From Clostridia bacterium (lineage in GTDB: Bacteria; Bacillota; Clostridia; Christensenellales; UBA1242), in NCBI GenBank assembly GCA_050872785.1, contig JBNMHO010000002.1, forward strand, positions 72,165 through 136,164: 64,000 nt of DNA, read 5' to 3'. The notes beneath the pieces were generated by a model. That model did not search any database. It saw only the letters and a program-made list of their open reading frames with translations, and had not been told where the DNA came from. Numbering within the stretch: position 1 is the first letter of the stretch; every line of letters begins with the position of its first letter. This document shows, piece by piece, positions 49,348-58,326 of the stretch. The translations under genes were made by a program, and so were the position numbers.

Positions 49348-49428
49348 GGGGCGACAGAGAATTTTCCCTCGGAAAATTCGGCAAAATCTTCCGATTTTGC
49401 CGCAAAACTCCGTTTTGCCTGTCGCCCC
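49348..49428. other. perfectly nested 81-nt four-way junction / triple-palindrome element
   Basis: The closing stem is GGGGCGACAG (49348-57) / CTGTCGCCCC (49419-28). It encloses three abutting perfect hairpins. They are GAATTTTCC-ctc-GGAAAATTC (49359-79), GGCAAAATC-ttcc-GATTTTGCC (49380-401) and GCAAAAC-tcc-GTTTTGC (49402-18). Only one junction nucleotide is unpaired. Confidence 0.85.
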
Positions 49429-49462
49429 CCGCATAATATTTTTCGCAACCCCAACAAATTTC

Positions 49463-49491
49463 TTGACAAAACATCTTATATAAATTACAAT
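49463..49491 (+). promoter_or_regulatory. sigma-A promoter candidate of the Flg_new paralog 2
   Basis: TTGACA (49463-49468), a 17-nt spacer, then TACAAT (49486-49491). It would give a leader of about 135 nt. Confidence 0.6.
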
Positions 49492-49634
49492 TTTACAGAA
49501 ACTATTATAAAACAAGAGATTATCTTGAGTGTGTGCCTGCCCTTGTAAGGGGAGGTGGCAACGAAGTCGACGGAAGGGTAGTCAAATAATAGCAACTACT
49601 CTATTATTTAGAGATTAAAAGGAAGAGTACAGAA

Positions 49635-50652
49635 ATGAGATTTTGGGACAAAATGAGAGTCGGCATGCTGTGTGTAAACTATACACTTGTCATGGCTCTT
49701 CTGTCCATTATCATCTTCGGTGCAACCCAACAAAGAACAATCGGAAACGTGTCTGTGACCTATTCTAGACCCTATTACACGGTCACTTTTGACCCGGCAG
49801 GGGGGGGGATCTCCCAGCCAAAAGAGCGTTAAATTAGGCGATTTATACGGCGATTTGCCCGTGCCAACACGCACGGGATATAACTTCGGCGGTTGGAAAA
49901 ATGGTTCTCTAATCGTAACTGCGTCCACACAAAATACAACAGTCGGGAACCACACTTTAACTTCCCAGTGGACGCCTCAAACGTTCACAATAACATTCAA
50001 CAAACAATCTGGTTCTGGCGGTTCGTCAACAGCAACGGCAACATATGGACAAGCACTTCCAACAATAACCATTCCCACTCGAAATGGCTATAAGTTTGAA
50101 GGCTATTTTTCGTCAACTGGCGGCTCTGGCACAAAATATTATAATGCAGACGGAACATCTGCAACAACTTGGTCACAAACATTGTCCATAACTCTCTACG
50201 CCTACTGGTCAATCCCACCAACTACCTTAACTATAAGTGGGAATGGAGTAAACACCTATTCTTGGGGTGGGTCTGCTTATTGGACTCTTAAATATAACTC
50301 ATACGGATCGGGGACATGGTATTGGGGAAATAACTATGGAGCTATCACACTAACGGCTGGGGGCGGCGGTGGAAGATGGGTTTATTCTATAATATCACTT
50401 GACTTGTATAAAGAGGATCTCACCACTGGTGAAGTATATGAACGCAAAGATAGGGATAACTCGGATTTTAAGCCAACTATTTCAAGCACAGAGCAAACTG
50501 GAGCAATTACTATTTCAATACCAGCGTTTTACATACACGGTATTTATGACAATGACGATAGAAAGGAGTCAACGTGGACATATGTTTTTCAAGCAAAAAG
50601 TGTGATAAATGGTTCTAGTATCACAGCGGACTTTGATTTGTATCCACAATAA
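49635..50652 (+). pseudogene. Flg_new surface-protein paralog interrupted by a frameshift in a G9 tract (phase-variable gene or pseudogene)
   Basis: ORF 49635-49832 (MRFWDKMRVGMLCVNYTLVMALLSIIIFGA...TFDPAGGG) and ORF 49789-50652 (...[29 protein letters not shown]...) are collinear with the 339-aa paralog at 43871. The frames meet in the G-run at 49800-49808. Deleting one G restores a protein of about 338 aa. Confidence 0.8.
49800..49808 (+). repeat. poly-G (G9) homopolymer inside a coding sequence
   Basis: The sequence reads gacccggca GGGGGGGGG atctcc. This is the only long G-run I noticed in this AT-rich window. Confidence 0.95.
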
Positions 50653-50681
50653 AAAAGCAAGACTCATTATCTTGCTTTTTC
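50651..50681. terminator. bidirectional intrinsic terminator between convergent genes
   Basis: The sequence reads AAAAA AGCAAGA ctcatta TCTTGCT TTTT. Confidence 0.75.
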
Positions 50682-50685
50682 TCTT

Positions 50686-51096
50686 TTATTTTCCTTCTTC
50701 TTTTTTGCTTTCGCTTTTTGTTTCAGCGGACTTTTCCGTTTTTGCTTTTTCTTTTTTAAGTTTTTCAATTTCCGATGGCTTCATCATTTTTTTGGAGCCA
50801 AGAATTCTGTTGACGGGAAGGGAAAAGCAAAGCCCAGCGCCGGGGGTGTTAAGTTTTGCTTTTTCGCAGATAAGTTTCATAATGGCGGGTTTTTGATATG
50901 TTTCTGCAAGGGTAAAGACAATTTCCTTTTCTGGTTGAATTTGCACGCCAAGCACAGACTCGCTGTCGTGTATGCCAGTGCCACGTCCATATATAATTGT
51001 GCCGCCTCTTGCTCCACCTTCTCTTGAGGCTTCAACAACTTTGTCTGCTTGTCCTTTTTGAACTATTGTCACAATCATTTCAAATTCTTTTAACAT
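50686..51096 (-). CDS. P-II-like signal-transduction protein with K/E-rich C-terminal tail
   Basis: The pattern is IVTIVQKGQADKVVEASREGGARGGTIIYGRGTG...PEKEIVFTL...PGAGLCFSLPV (beta-alpha-beta P-II fold). This is followed by SEIEKLKKEKAKTEKSAETKSESKKEEGK. The gene lies in an operon with a DUF1538 protein. Confidence 0.6.
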   Translation of the reverse strand: MLKEFEMIVTIVQKGQADKVVEASREGGARGGTIIYGRGTGIHDSESVLGVQIQPEKEIVFTLAETYQKPAIMKLICEKAKLNTPGAGLCFSLPVNRILGSKKMMKPSEIEKLKKEKAKTEKSAETKSESKKEEGK

Positions 51097-51169
51097 AATT
51101 TTTTCTTCCTTTTTATATAATTTATATTTTCTACTTTTCGCTTATAATCGTTGTTTTGTAAATTATTTT

Positions 51170-51517
51170 TTAGAGTGCAAATCCAAGAAATTCAAGCGTT
51201 GAATATGTTGCACTTTTAATAGGCAGTGTTAACGCTAGCCCAGTGTTCTTTTCTTCAAATTTTAACTTTTCAGATAGGGTAGAAAGTATTATTTCTTCGT
51301 CTTTCATTTTGATAATTGCAAAAAGCACTTCTTTTTCCTTTCCTTCTGTGCCAAAGTATTCTGCCATTGATGAGTCTGCAGTGCCTTTGCCAAAGGAAAC
51401 TATTTGTGCGTCAACTCTCATGCTTTGCAAAATTGCCGTAGCCTTTTCCACTTTTCCTCTTTCCACAATAACCATCAGAAATTCAATTATTGGGTCTTTT
51501 TTCTTTGTAATTGGCAT
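51170..51517 (-). CDS. P-II-like signal-transduction protein
   Basis: LMVIVERGKVEKATAILQSMRVDAQIVSFGKGTA...KEKEVLFAII...TGLALTLPI shows the same fold pattern as the downstream paralog. Confidence 0.55.
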   Translation of the reverse strand: MPITKKKDPIIEFLMVIVERGKVEKATAILQSMRVDAQIVSFGKGTADSSMAEYFGTEGKEKEVLFAIIKMKDEEIILSTLSEKLKFEEKNTGLALTLPIKSATYSTLEFLGFAL

Positions 51518-51568
51518 ATTTTTTCTCCTTTATATATTTTCTATCTTTCGCTTATAATCTATATTTTG

Positions 51569-53122
51569 TCATTTATTCCAATCAAATTCCACAACACTTG
51601 CTCTGCGTTTTTTGCTATATTCTTTTTCATAATCAAATTCAATAATGGAATATTCTCTTTCCGCAAGGGAAGATTTGAGTTTTTGAGTTTTGACAAGTTT
51701 AATTTTATAAACAAGCCCAAGTATTTGCATTGCAAGAACGGGAAAAACTGCGATAAGTGCCACTGTTCCAAACCCACCAGAGTTGCCAGATAACCCCGAA
51801 ACCATTGGAAGAATAAACGAAACTGCCATTGTTCCAGTTGCCACCCCGCCCGAGTCAAAGGCGACTGCAGTGAAAAGTTTGGTGTTTACAAATGCCAAAA
51901 TTATGCAAATGGAGTAAAGCGGAATGAGAACATAAAGCAAATTGACTGGATAAATTGCAAGAATAACTGCAAGTGCCACTGCAATAGCAACGCCTATTGA
52001 AATTACAATGACAATAACTTTTTGACGAATTGTTTTGTTTGTTATGTCTTCAACTTGCTTTTTAAGAACGTGCAATGCAGGCTCTGCCACAATTACAAGC
52101 GCCCCCAAAACAAGCCCCAGTGGAATTGCAATAAGTTTGTTGTCAAGAGTTGCAAGATATGTTCCAATTTTTGTCCCAAGTGGCAAGAAACTGCATGCAA
52201 CACCGGTCAGGAACAACGTTACCCCAAGATGTGTTAGCACAAAGCCAAAAAGCGTTCTGACAACTTTTGTTTTTGGATATTTAAACGAGAAAACCTGAAA
52301 TATGATAAACAGCACGACTATTGGCAAAATTGCAATGGCAACTTCTTTTGCACTGGCTAAAAATTCACTTAAATACATTTGCCACATATTAAGGTTTTCT
52401 GCCACAGTCGTTGTTGACGTTGTTGGAATGGTGTTTTTAAGGAAAAGACTTAAAAGCATAACAGAGAACATTGGACCAATGGAACTTAAGGCAATAAGAC
52501 CAAAACTGTCGTCTTCGTCTTGCTTGCTTCTGACGACCGAGAACCCCATGCCAAAGGCGATTAGAAAGGGAACGGAAATTGGTCCCGTTGTTACACTGCC
52601 CGAGTCAAATGCAATAGCAACAAAGTTAGGTTCACAGAACATGGCAAGAATGAAAATTACAGCGTAGGAGATTGCTATGAGATATTTGAGTTTAAGTTTT
52701 AGAACAAGTCGCAAAATTCCAATCAGCAAGAGCAGTCCCACTCCCGCTGATACAATGGCAATGAACAGCCAAACACTGTTTAAACTTGAATTTTCCACCA
52801 CTTGCTTTGCAAGCACCATAAGGTCTGGCTCTGCAAAGGTTATAAGGAAGCCAATTACAAACGAACTTAAAAGCATAAACCACATTTTGTTTTTGCGAGA
52901 TAACGTGCTTCCAACGCCACTTCCAAGTGTCATCATCGACCCGTCAGCGCCCAAAGAAAAGAGCGCAATGCCAAGAATTAGCAAAACGGCACTTATGCCA
53001 AGCATAATTTTGTCTTGAGAAGTGGAAGGAATGAAAAAAAACAGAAGCAAAAAGATAGTCGCCGTAATTGGCAAAACGGACAACATTGCTTCCTTTATTT
53101 TATTCCACAAATCTTTCGCCAT
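51569..53122 (-). CDS. DUF1538-family integral membrane protein (two fused DUF1538 halves)
   Basis: It is a polytopic membrane protein. AFDSGSVTTGPISVPFLIAFGMGF is in the first half and AFDSGGVATGTMAVSFILPMVSGL in the second. The ATG at 53122 is preferred over TTG 53140. Confidence 0.6.
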   Translation of the reverse strand: MAKDLWNKIKEAMLSVLPITATIFLLLFFFIPSTSQDKIMLGISAVLLILGIALFSLGADGSMMTLGSGVGSTLSRKNKMWFMLLSSFVIGFLITFAEPDLMVLAKQVVENSSLNSVWLFIAIVSAGVGLLLLIGILRLVLKLKLKYLIAISYAVIFILAMFCEPNFVAIAFDSGSVTTGPISVPFLIAFGMGFSVVRSKQDEDDSFGLIALSSIGPMFSVMLLSLFLKNTIPTTSTTTVAENLNMWQMYLSEFLASAKEVAIAILPIVVLFIIFQVFSFKYPKTKVVRTLFGFVLTHLGVTLFLTGVACSFLPLGTKIGTYLATLDNKLIAIPLGLVLGALVIVAEPALHVLKKQVEDITNKTIRQKVIVIVISIGVAIAVALAVILAIYPVNLLYVLIPLYSICIILAFVNTKLFTAVAFDSGGVATGTMAVSFILPMVSGLSGNSGGFGTVALIAVFPVLAMQILGLVYKIKLVKTQKLKSSLAEREYSIIEFDYEKEYSKKRRASVVEFDWNK

Positions 53123-53145
53123 AAGTTTTCCTACTTTCAAGGCTT

Positions 53146-53174
53146 ATGTTACATTCCTTTTGTTTTTGTGTCAA
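53146..53174 (-). promoter_or_regulatory. sigma-A promoter candidate of the DUF1538/P-II operon
   Basis: On the minus strand: TTGACA (53174-53169), a 17-nt spacer, then TAACAT (53151-53146). Confidence 0.45.
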
Positions 53175-53181
53175 CTTATTC

Positions 53182-53210
53182 TTGACAAAAAGTTAAAATA
53201 ATAATAAAAT
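53182..53210 (+). promoter_or_regulatory. sigma-A promoter candidate of leuS
   Basis: TTGACA (53182-53187), a 17-nt spacer, then TAAAAT (53205-53210). It sits back-to-back with the divergent promoter. Confidence 0.55.
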
Positions 53211-53286
53211 TCTTTAGTATTTTATATAAAAAAGCAACATTTAGGCGAAAATTTGCCTTTTGAAACTTAAAAAAGAAGGATAGAAA

Positions 53287-55686
53287 ATGGATAACGAAAA
53301 AATTGAAAAAAAATGGCAAGAAATTTGGGAGAAGGAAAAAGCGTTTGAAGGAATAGACTTTGACAAAAAGCCAAAATTTTATGGGCTGGTGGAATTTCCA
53401 TATCCATCAGGCGTTGGAATTCACATCGGACACGTGAAGGCTTATTCTTCAATGGAAGTTTTATCTCGCATGAAAAGGCTTCAAGGCTACAATGTCATGT
53501 TCCCAATCGGCTGGGACGCTTTTGGGCTTCCAACAGAAAATTATGCCATAAAGCATAACATCGCCCCACGAATTGCCACAGATGAAAATATAAAAAACAT
53601 AAAGAAACAACTTAAAGCAGTGGGCTTTTCGTTTGACTGGTCAAGGGAAATTGACACAACTGATGAAAACTATTTTAAGTGGACACAATGGATTTTCTGC
53701 AAACTTTATGAAAAAGGACTTGTGTATAAGAGCAAAGCCTTTGTAAACTATTGCCCAAGTTGTGACGTTATTTTGTCAAATGAGGAAAGCCAAGGCGGAG
53801 TTTGTGACAGATGTTCAAGCCAAGTGGTGCAAAAGGAAAAGGAAGTTTGGTTCTTAAAAATTAGGGAATATGCCGATAGGCTTCTATCAGGACTTGACAA
53901 ACTAGACTTCCCAGACAGAGTAAAAGAAGGACAAAGACATTGGATAGGCAAGTCAACTGGTGCGGAAGTGAATTTTGACTTGAAAGTAAATGATACAATT
54001 TGCGACAAACTCAAAATTTATACAACTCGTTGCGACACATTGTTTGGTGTAACATTTATGGTCGTTGCTCCAGAACACCCAATGCTTGAAAAATATAAAG
54101 AAAATATTTCAAACTGGGACGAAATTGTAAAATATGGCGAAGAAGCCAAAAAGAAAACTGAATTTGACAGAGTTCAACTAAATAAAGACAAAACTGGTGT
54201 CAAAATTGAAGGCATTGTTGCAGTAAACCCAATCAGCCACGAAGAAGTTCCAATTTTTGTGGCAGATTATGTTATGATGGGCTATGGCACAGGTGCAATT
54301 ATGGCAGTGCCAGCACACGACACAAGAGATTATGAATTTGCAAAGAAATTTGGTTGTGACATAAAACCAGTTATCGCTGGTGGCGACATTGAAAAAGAAG
54401 CCTACACAGACATCTCTGACGGCATTATGATAAATTCTTCTTTCCTAAATGGCAAAAGTGTGAAAGACGCACAAAAAGCCATGATAAATTATCTTACAGA
54501 AAACAAAATTGGCAACGCAAAGACTAATTTCCAAATGAAAGACTGGGCATTTAATCGTCAAAGATATTGGGGCGAACCATTTCCAATTATATACTGCGAC
54601 CACTGCGGAACAGTGCTTGTGCCAGAAAAAGATTTGCCAGTTACACTTCCTCATATGGACAAATTCAAACCTTCCAAAAATGGCGAATCACCACTTGCAG
54701 AAGTTGAAGATTGGGTAAATTGCACTTGTCCAAAATGTGGTGGAAAAGCAAAAAGAGAAACGGACACCATGCCACAATGGGCAGGTTCAAGTTGGTATTT
54801 CTTAAGATATATGGACCCACATAATGTGTCTTGCCTTGCAGACAGAAAGAAAATGGAATATTGGGGACCTATTGACGTGTATAACGGCGGAATGGAACAC
54901 GTAACACGCCACCTTATCTATTCAAGATTTTGGAATATGTTTTTGTATGACATTGGTGTTGTTCCTTTTGAAGAACCATACAAAAAGCGAACAACCATAG
55001 GTCTTGTTTTGGGCGAAGACGGCAACAAAATGAGCAAAAGTCTTGGCAATGTTGTTGACCCAATGGACATAATCAAAAAATATGGCGCAGATGTTTTAAG
55101 ACTTTACATCCTATTTATGTCTGACTACGAATGTTCCGCCCCTTGGTCAAATGCTAATATCAGCGGCTGCAAGAGATTTTTGGACAAAGTGGAACGAATG
55201 AATGATATTGTAGATAATTTTGACGGAATTCACGAAGAACATATAACAAAACTCAATTCCGCCATAGAAAAGGTTACATCAGATATTGAAAACTTTAAGT
55301 TCAATACAGCAATTTCTTGCCTTATGAGTCTTGCAAACGACTTTATCGCAGATGGATATTTGTCAAAGAAAGAATATAGAATATATTTGCAACTTCTGTA
55401 TCCATTTGCACCACATTCCACAGAAGAACTTAACGAAAGAATAGGCTTTGCAGAACACTTGTGCAAATCTTCTTGGCCAAAAACAATGGAAGATAATTCT
55501 GTCAAAATGGTCAAAATTGCAGTGCAAGCAAATGGCAAACTAAAAACAGTTCTCACCGTTCAAGAAAATGCAACAAGAGAAGAAGTTTTGAAACTTGTGG
55601 AAGAAGACGAAAAAACTTCCGCTATGCTCAAAATTGCAAAAAAAGTTATCTTCGTGCCAAACAAAATTGTAAACTTGGTCGTGTAA
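53287..55686 (+). CDS. leuS: leucine--tRNA ligase
   Basis: 799 aa. It has the HIGH motif (FPYPSGVGIHIGH), KMSKS (NKMSKSLGNVVDP), a CP1 editing insertion and Zn-binding CPSC/CDRC and CPKCGG clusters. Confidence 0.97.
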   Translation: MDNEKIEKKWQEIWEKEKAFEGIDFDKKPKFYGLVEFPYPSGVGIHIGHVKAYSSMEVLSRMKRLQGYNVMFPIGWDAFGLPTENYAIKHNIAPRIATDENIKNIKKQLKAVGFSFDWSREIDTTDENYFKWTQWIFCKLYEKGLVYKSKAFVNYCPSCDVILSNEESQGGVCDRCSSQVVQKEKEVWFLKIREYADRLLSGLDKLDFPDRVKEGQRHWIGKSTGAEVNFDLKVNDTICDKLKIYTTRCDTLFGVTFMVVAPEHPMLEKYKENISNWDEIVKYGEEAKKKTEFDRVQLNKDKTGVKIEGIVAVNPISHEEVPIFVADYVMMGYGTGAIMAVPAHDTRDYEFAKKFGCDIKPVIAGGDIEKEAYTDISDGIMINSSFLNGKSVKDAQKAMINYLTENKIGNAKTNFQMKDWAFNRQRYWGEPFPIIYCDHCGTVLVPEKDLPVTLPHMDKFKPSKNGESPLAEVEDWVNCTCPKCGGKAKRETDTMPQWAGSSWYFLRYMDPHNVSCLADRKKMEYWGPIDVYNGGMEHVTRHLIYSRFWNMFLYDIGVVPFEEPYKKRTTIGLVLGEDGNKMSKSLGNVVDPMDIIKKYGADVLRLYILFMSDYECSAPWSNANISGCKRFLDKVERMNDIVDNFDGIHEEHITKLNSAIEKVTSDIENFKFNTAISCLMSLANDFIADGYLSKKEYRIYLQLLYPFAPHSTEELNERIGFAEHLCKSSWPKTMEDNSVKMVKIAVQANGKLKTVLTVQENATREEVLKLVEEDEKTSAMLKIAKKVIFVPNKIVNLVV

Positions 55687-55687
55687 A

Positions 55688-56908
55688 ATGAAGTATGAAG
55701 TTTTATCCCCAGCGGGGAACATGGAAAAATTAAAAACAGCGGTCTTGTATGGAGCCAATGCTGTGTATTTTGCTGGCAAAAGTTTTGGACTTAGAGCCTT
55801 TGCTGGCAACTTTTCTAGGGAAGAAATTTTGGAAGCAGTAAAATTCTGCCACGAGAAAAATGTAAAAGCGTATGTAACTGTAAATATTGTTGCCCATAAT
55901 AAAGATTTTGACGAACTTCCAGAATATCTTGTCTTTTTGCAAAATGCAGGTGTTGACGCAGTTATTGTGTCGGACATTGGCATTGCAAAGCTTGTAAGAG
56001 AAGTCGCTCCAAAACTTGACCTTCACATAAGCACACAAGCCAATGTAACAAACAAGTTTTCTGCCAAAGTTTATGCAGATATGGGGGCAAGCAGAATTGT
56101 CCTGGCAAGAGAACTTACTCTCACTGAAATAAAAGAAATAAAAGATTATCTTCCAGAAAATGTAGAACTGGAAGCCTTTGTGCATGGGGCAATGTGCATA
56201 AGTTATTCGGGCAGATGTCTTCTCAGCAACTATCTATCTGGCAGAGCAAGCAACAGTGGAGAATGTATCCAAGCATGCAGGTGGAATTTTGAAATAAGAG
56301 AAAGAACTCGTGGCGGGGAGTTTATGCCCATTGAAGAAGATGAACGAGGCACATATATCCTAAACAGCAAAGACCTAAATATGATTGAACACTTAGATGA
56401 CTTAGCAAACGCTGGTGTCACAAGTTTTAAAATAGAAGGCAGAATGAAATCGCAATATTATGTTGCAACAGTCACAAATGCCTATAGACGTGCAGTAGAT
56501 ATCTTGGAAAAGGGCGGGAAATATCATTGCCCAGAAGCCCTACTTGACGAGCTTGAAAAAACAAGCCACAGAAAATATACAACGGGCTTTAACTACAAAG
56601 ACAAACGAAAAGAAGAAAGCGAATATATCTTGTCCAGCCAACCAGTGCAAACAGACGAATTTGTGGCAATAGTCACCAAATCATCAGTTGACGGGGTGGC
56701 GGAAATTGAAATGCGAAACAGATTTTGCACAACAGACGAACTGAATATCTTGTCCTTCGGCAACAACTTTGACAAAAAACTTGAAATCTTAAAACTTACA
56801 GACGAAAGGGGAAATGAATTATCAGACGCCAAACTTGTCCAACAAAAACTCCTTATCACCACCCCCTTCCCACTTTCCGAAGGCGAAATAATCCGCAGAA
56901 GAAAATAG
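55688..56908 (+). CDS. peptidase U32 family protein
   Basis: MKYEVLSPAGNMEKLKTAVLYGANAVYFAG and EAFVHGAMCISYSGRCLLSNYLSGRASNSGECIQACRW form the U32 signature region. The start is 1 nt after the leuS stop. Confidence 0.9.
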   Translation: MKYEVLSPAGNMEKLKTAVLYGANAVYFAGKSFGLRAFAGNFSREEILEAVKFCHEKNVKAYVTVNIVAHNKDFDELPEYLVFLQNAGVDAVIVSDIGIAKLVREVAPKLDLHISTQANVTNKFSAKVYADMGASRIVLARELTLTEIKEIKDYLPENVELEAFVHGAMCISYSGRCLLSNYLSGRASNSGECIQACRWNFEIRERTRGGEFMPIEEDERGTYILNSKDLNMIEHLDDLANAGVTSFKIEGRMKSQYYVATVTNAYRRAVDILEKGGKYHCPEALLDELEKTSHRKYTTGFNYKDKRKEESEYILSSQPVQTDEFVAIVTKSSVDGVAEIEMRNRFCTTDELNILSFGNNFDKKLEILKLTDERGNELSDAKLVQQKLLITTPFPLSEGEIIRRRK

Positions 56909-56913
56909 GATAT

Positions 56914-56945
56914 AAAAAAAGAAGCGAATTGTTCGCTTCTTTTTG
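56914..56945. terminator. bidirectional intrinsic terminator
   Basis: The sequence reads AAAAAAA GAAGCGAA ttg TTCGCTTC TTTTT. Confidence 0.85.
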
Positions 56946-56954
56946 CTTTTGATT

Positions 56955-57338
56955 TTACAATCTTAGATTTGTAATAAATGATGCTGATTCTGCGTCTGGG
57001 TTTTTTACGCCGATGTAGTCTGTGATGGAGTTCATAACGTCAGGGAAGAATGTAAATATTACAATCACTGCACACACAACAAGGAAAACAAGTTTTGCAA
57101 TGTTGCCTTTGTCCCAAACTGCACTAAGCCCAACAAGAATCATAAGGGAAATTGGCGCATAAATTCCAACATATTTTATGATAAGATACACCGTTCCTTC
57201 CGTTGGCAAGAACCCGCCTGGCACATAGTGATTGACAATAAGCAAAGCATATCGCAAAATCATTATAACTGCCACCAGTTGTCCAAGTCCATTTAACAAA
57301 TCTCTAAATGAATTGTTTTCGTCACTCATTCTTTTCAC
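56955..57338 (-). CDS. hypothetical small membrane protein (3 predicted TM helices)
   Basis: 127 aa. Hydrophobic segments are LGQLVAVIMILRYALLIV, YAPISLMILVGLSAVW and LVFLVVCAVIVIFTFF. RBS AGAGGTGAAAAGA. Confidence 0.6.
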   Translation of the reverse strand: MKRMSDENNSFRDLLNGLGQLVAVIMILRYALLIVNHYVPGGFLPTEGTVYLIIKYVGIYAPISLMILVGLSAVWDKGNIAKLVFLVVCAVIVIFTFFPDVMNSITDYIGVKNPDAESASFITNLRL

Positions 57339-57670
57339 CTCTCTTTTATTATAAATATAATATCAGATATTTGCAATCTTTGTCAATTTTTTATTCAAAA
57401 AAATTATAAAAAACGCAATTTTTGTTCAAATTGCTCAATTTTTGTGGACAGAAAGTCGATTTTGGAGTATATTTTTGTTGTAAAAGGTTGTTTTGTTGCA
57501 ATTATTTCAGCAATATGTTGAGTGTAAGTTTATTCAAAATAGTAAAAGCAATAATAAAACAACCCCAAAAAACAACTGAAGAAGGTAACCAAAGATAAAT
57601 AACTAAGGATAAACAACTAAAAAAGAATAACAAAAAAATGAAATAAAAAAACAATGCAAGGAGAGAAGAA

Positions 57671-58057
57671 ATGGATAATTGTATTTTTTGCAAAATAATT
57701 GCGGGTGAAGCCCCATGCTACAAGGTTTATGAAGACGAAGATGTGCTTGCGTTTTTGGACATTGAGCAAAAAGATTATGGTCACACAATCGTTGTGCCAA
57801 AGGTGCATTTTACAAACTCGCTTGACTGCAGAGAAGATGTTTATACAAAGGTTGCTGTAGTTGCAAAGCGTCTTGCAAAACATTATGTAGAGCATTGTGA
57901 CTTTGGCGGGGCAGTTATATTCAATCTTAACAACAAAGAAGCACTGCAGTCTGTTTTTCACTTACATTTCCATGTTGTTCCAAAGGGCGAAAAGACGGGC
58001 AACTCTAACCCAAAAACGCCACTTGACGAGCAGGCAAAAAGACTGTTTTTGAAATAA
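57671..58057 (+). CDS. HIT (histidine triad) family protein
   Basis: CIFCKIIAGEAPCYKVYEDEDVLAFLDI and the HLHFHVVP triad. RBS AAGGAGAG. Confidence 0.9.
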   Translation: MDNCIFCKIIAGEAPCYKVYEDEDVLAFLDIEQKDYGHTIVVPKVHFTNSLDCREDVYTKVAVVAKRLAKHYVEHCDFGGAVIFNLNNKEALQSVFHLHFHVVPKGEKTGNSNPKTPLDEQAKRLFLK

Positions 58058-58129
58058 AGGCACAATCGACAAAAAAAGTATAAAACGAGCAAAATTAGAT
58101 AATTTGAAGCAAAAAAACAGAAATAATTT

Positions 58130-58165
58130 GAGGACTTTTAATTGCAAAAGCCCTCTATTTTTTTC
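58130..58165 (+). terminator. intrinsic terminator after the HIT gene
   Basis: GAGGACTTTT (58130-39) pairs with AAAAGCCCTC (58146-55, one mismatch), followed by TATTTTTTT. Confidence 0.65.
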
Positions 58166-58326
58166 TACAATATTTTTTGTAAAATTGATAAAAATGCCGA
58201 CTTGGATGTGTTGAAAAACAGTAAAAAATTAAATTAAATTTTGACTAATTTTGATAATAAATTGGTCAAAAATGTGCCAAAAATTGATAAAATCTGTAAA
58301 AAATGAAGCAAAAAGAGGTTAAAAAA

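Noticed and set aside
53141-53286. A T-box riboswitch leader upstream of leuS.
   Set aside because: Only about 70 nt lie between the predicted -10 and the ATG. There is no specifier stem, no T-box sequence and no terminator/antiterminator pair.
58058-58302. Spo0A boxes in the spoIIE promoter region (ATCGACA at about 58065, TGCCGAC at about 58196).
   Set aside because: Only one- or two-mismatch matches occur in AT-rich DNA, with no convincing spacing relative to a -35/-10 pair. This is not enough to call.
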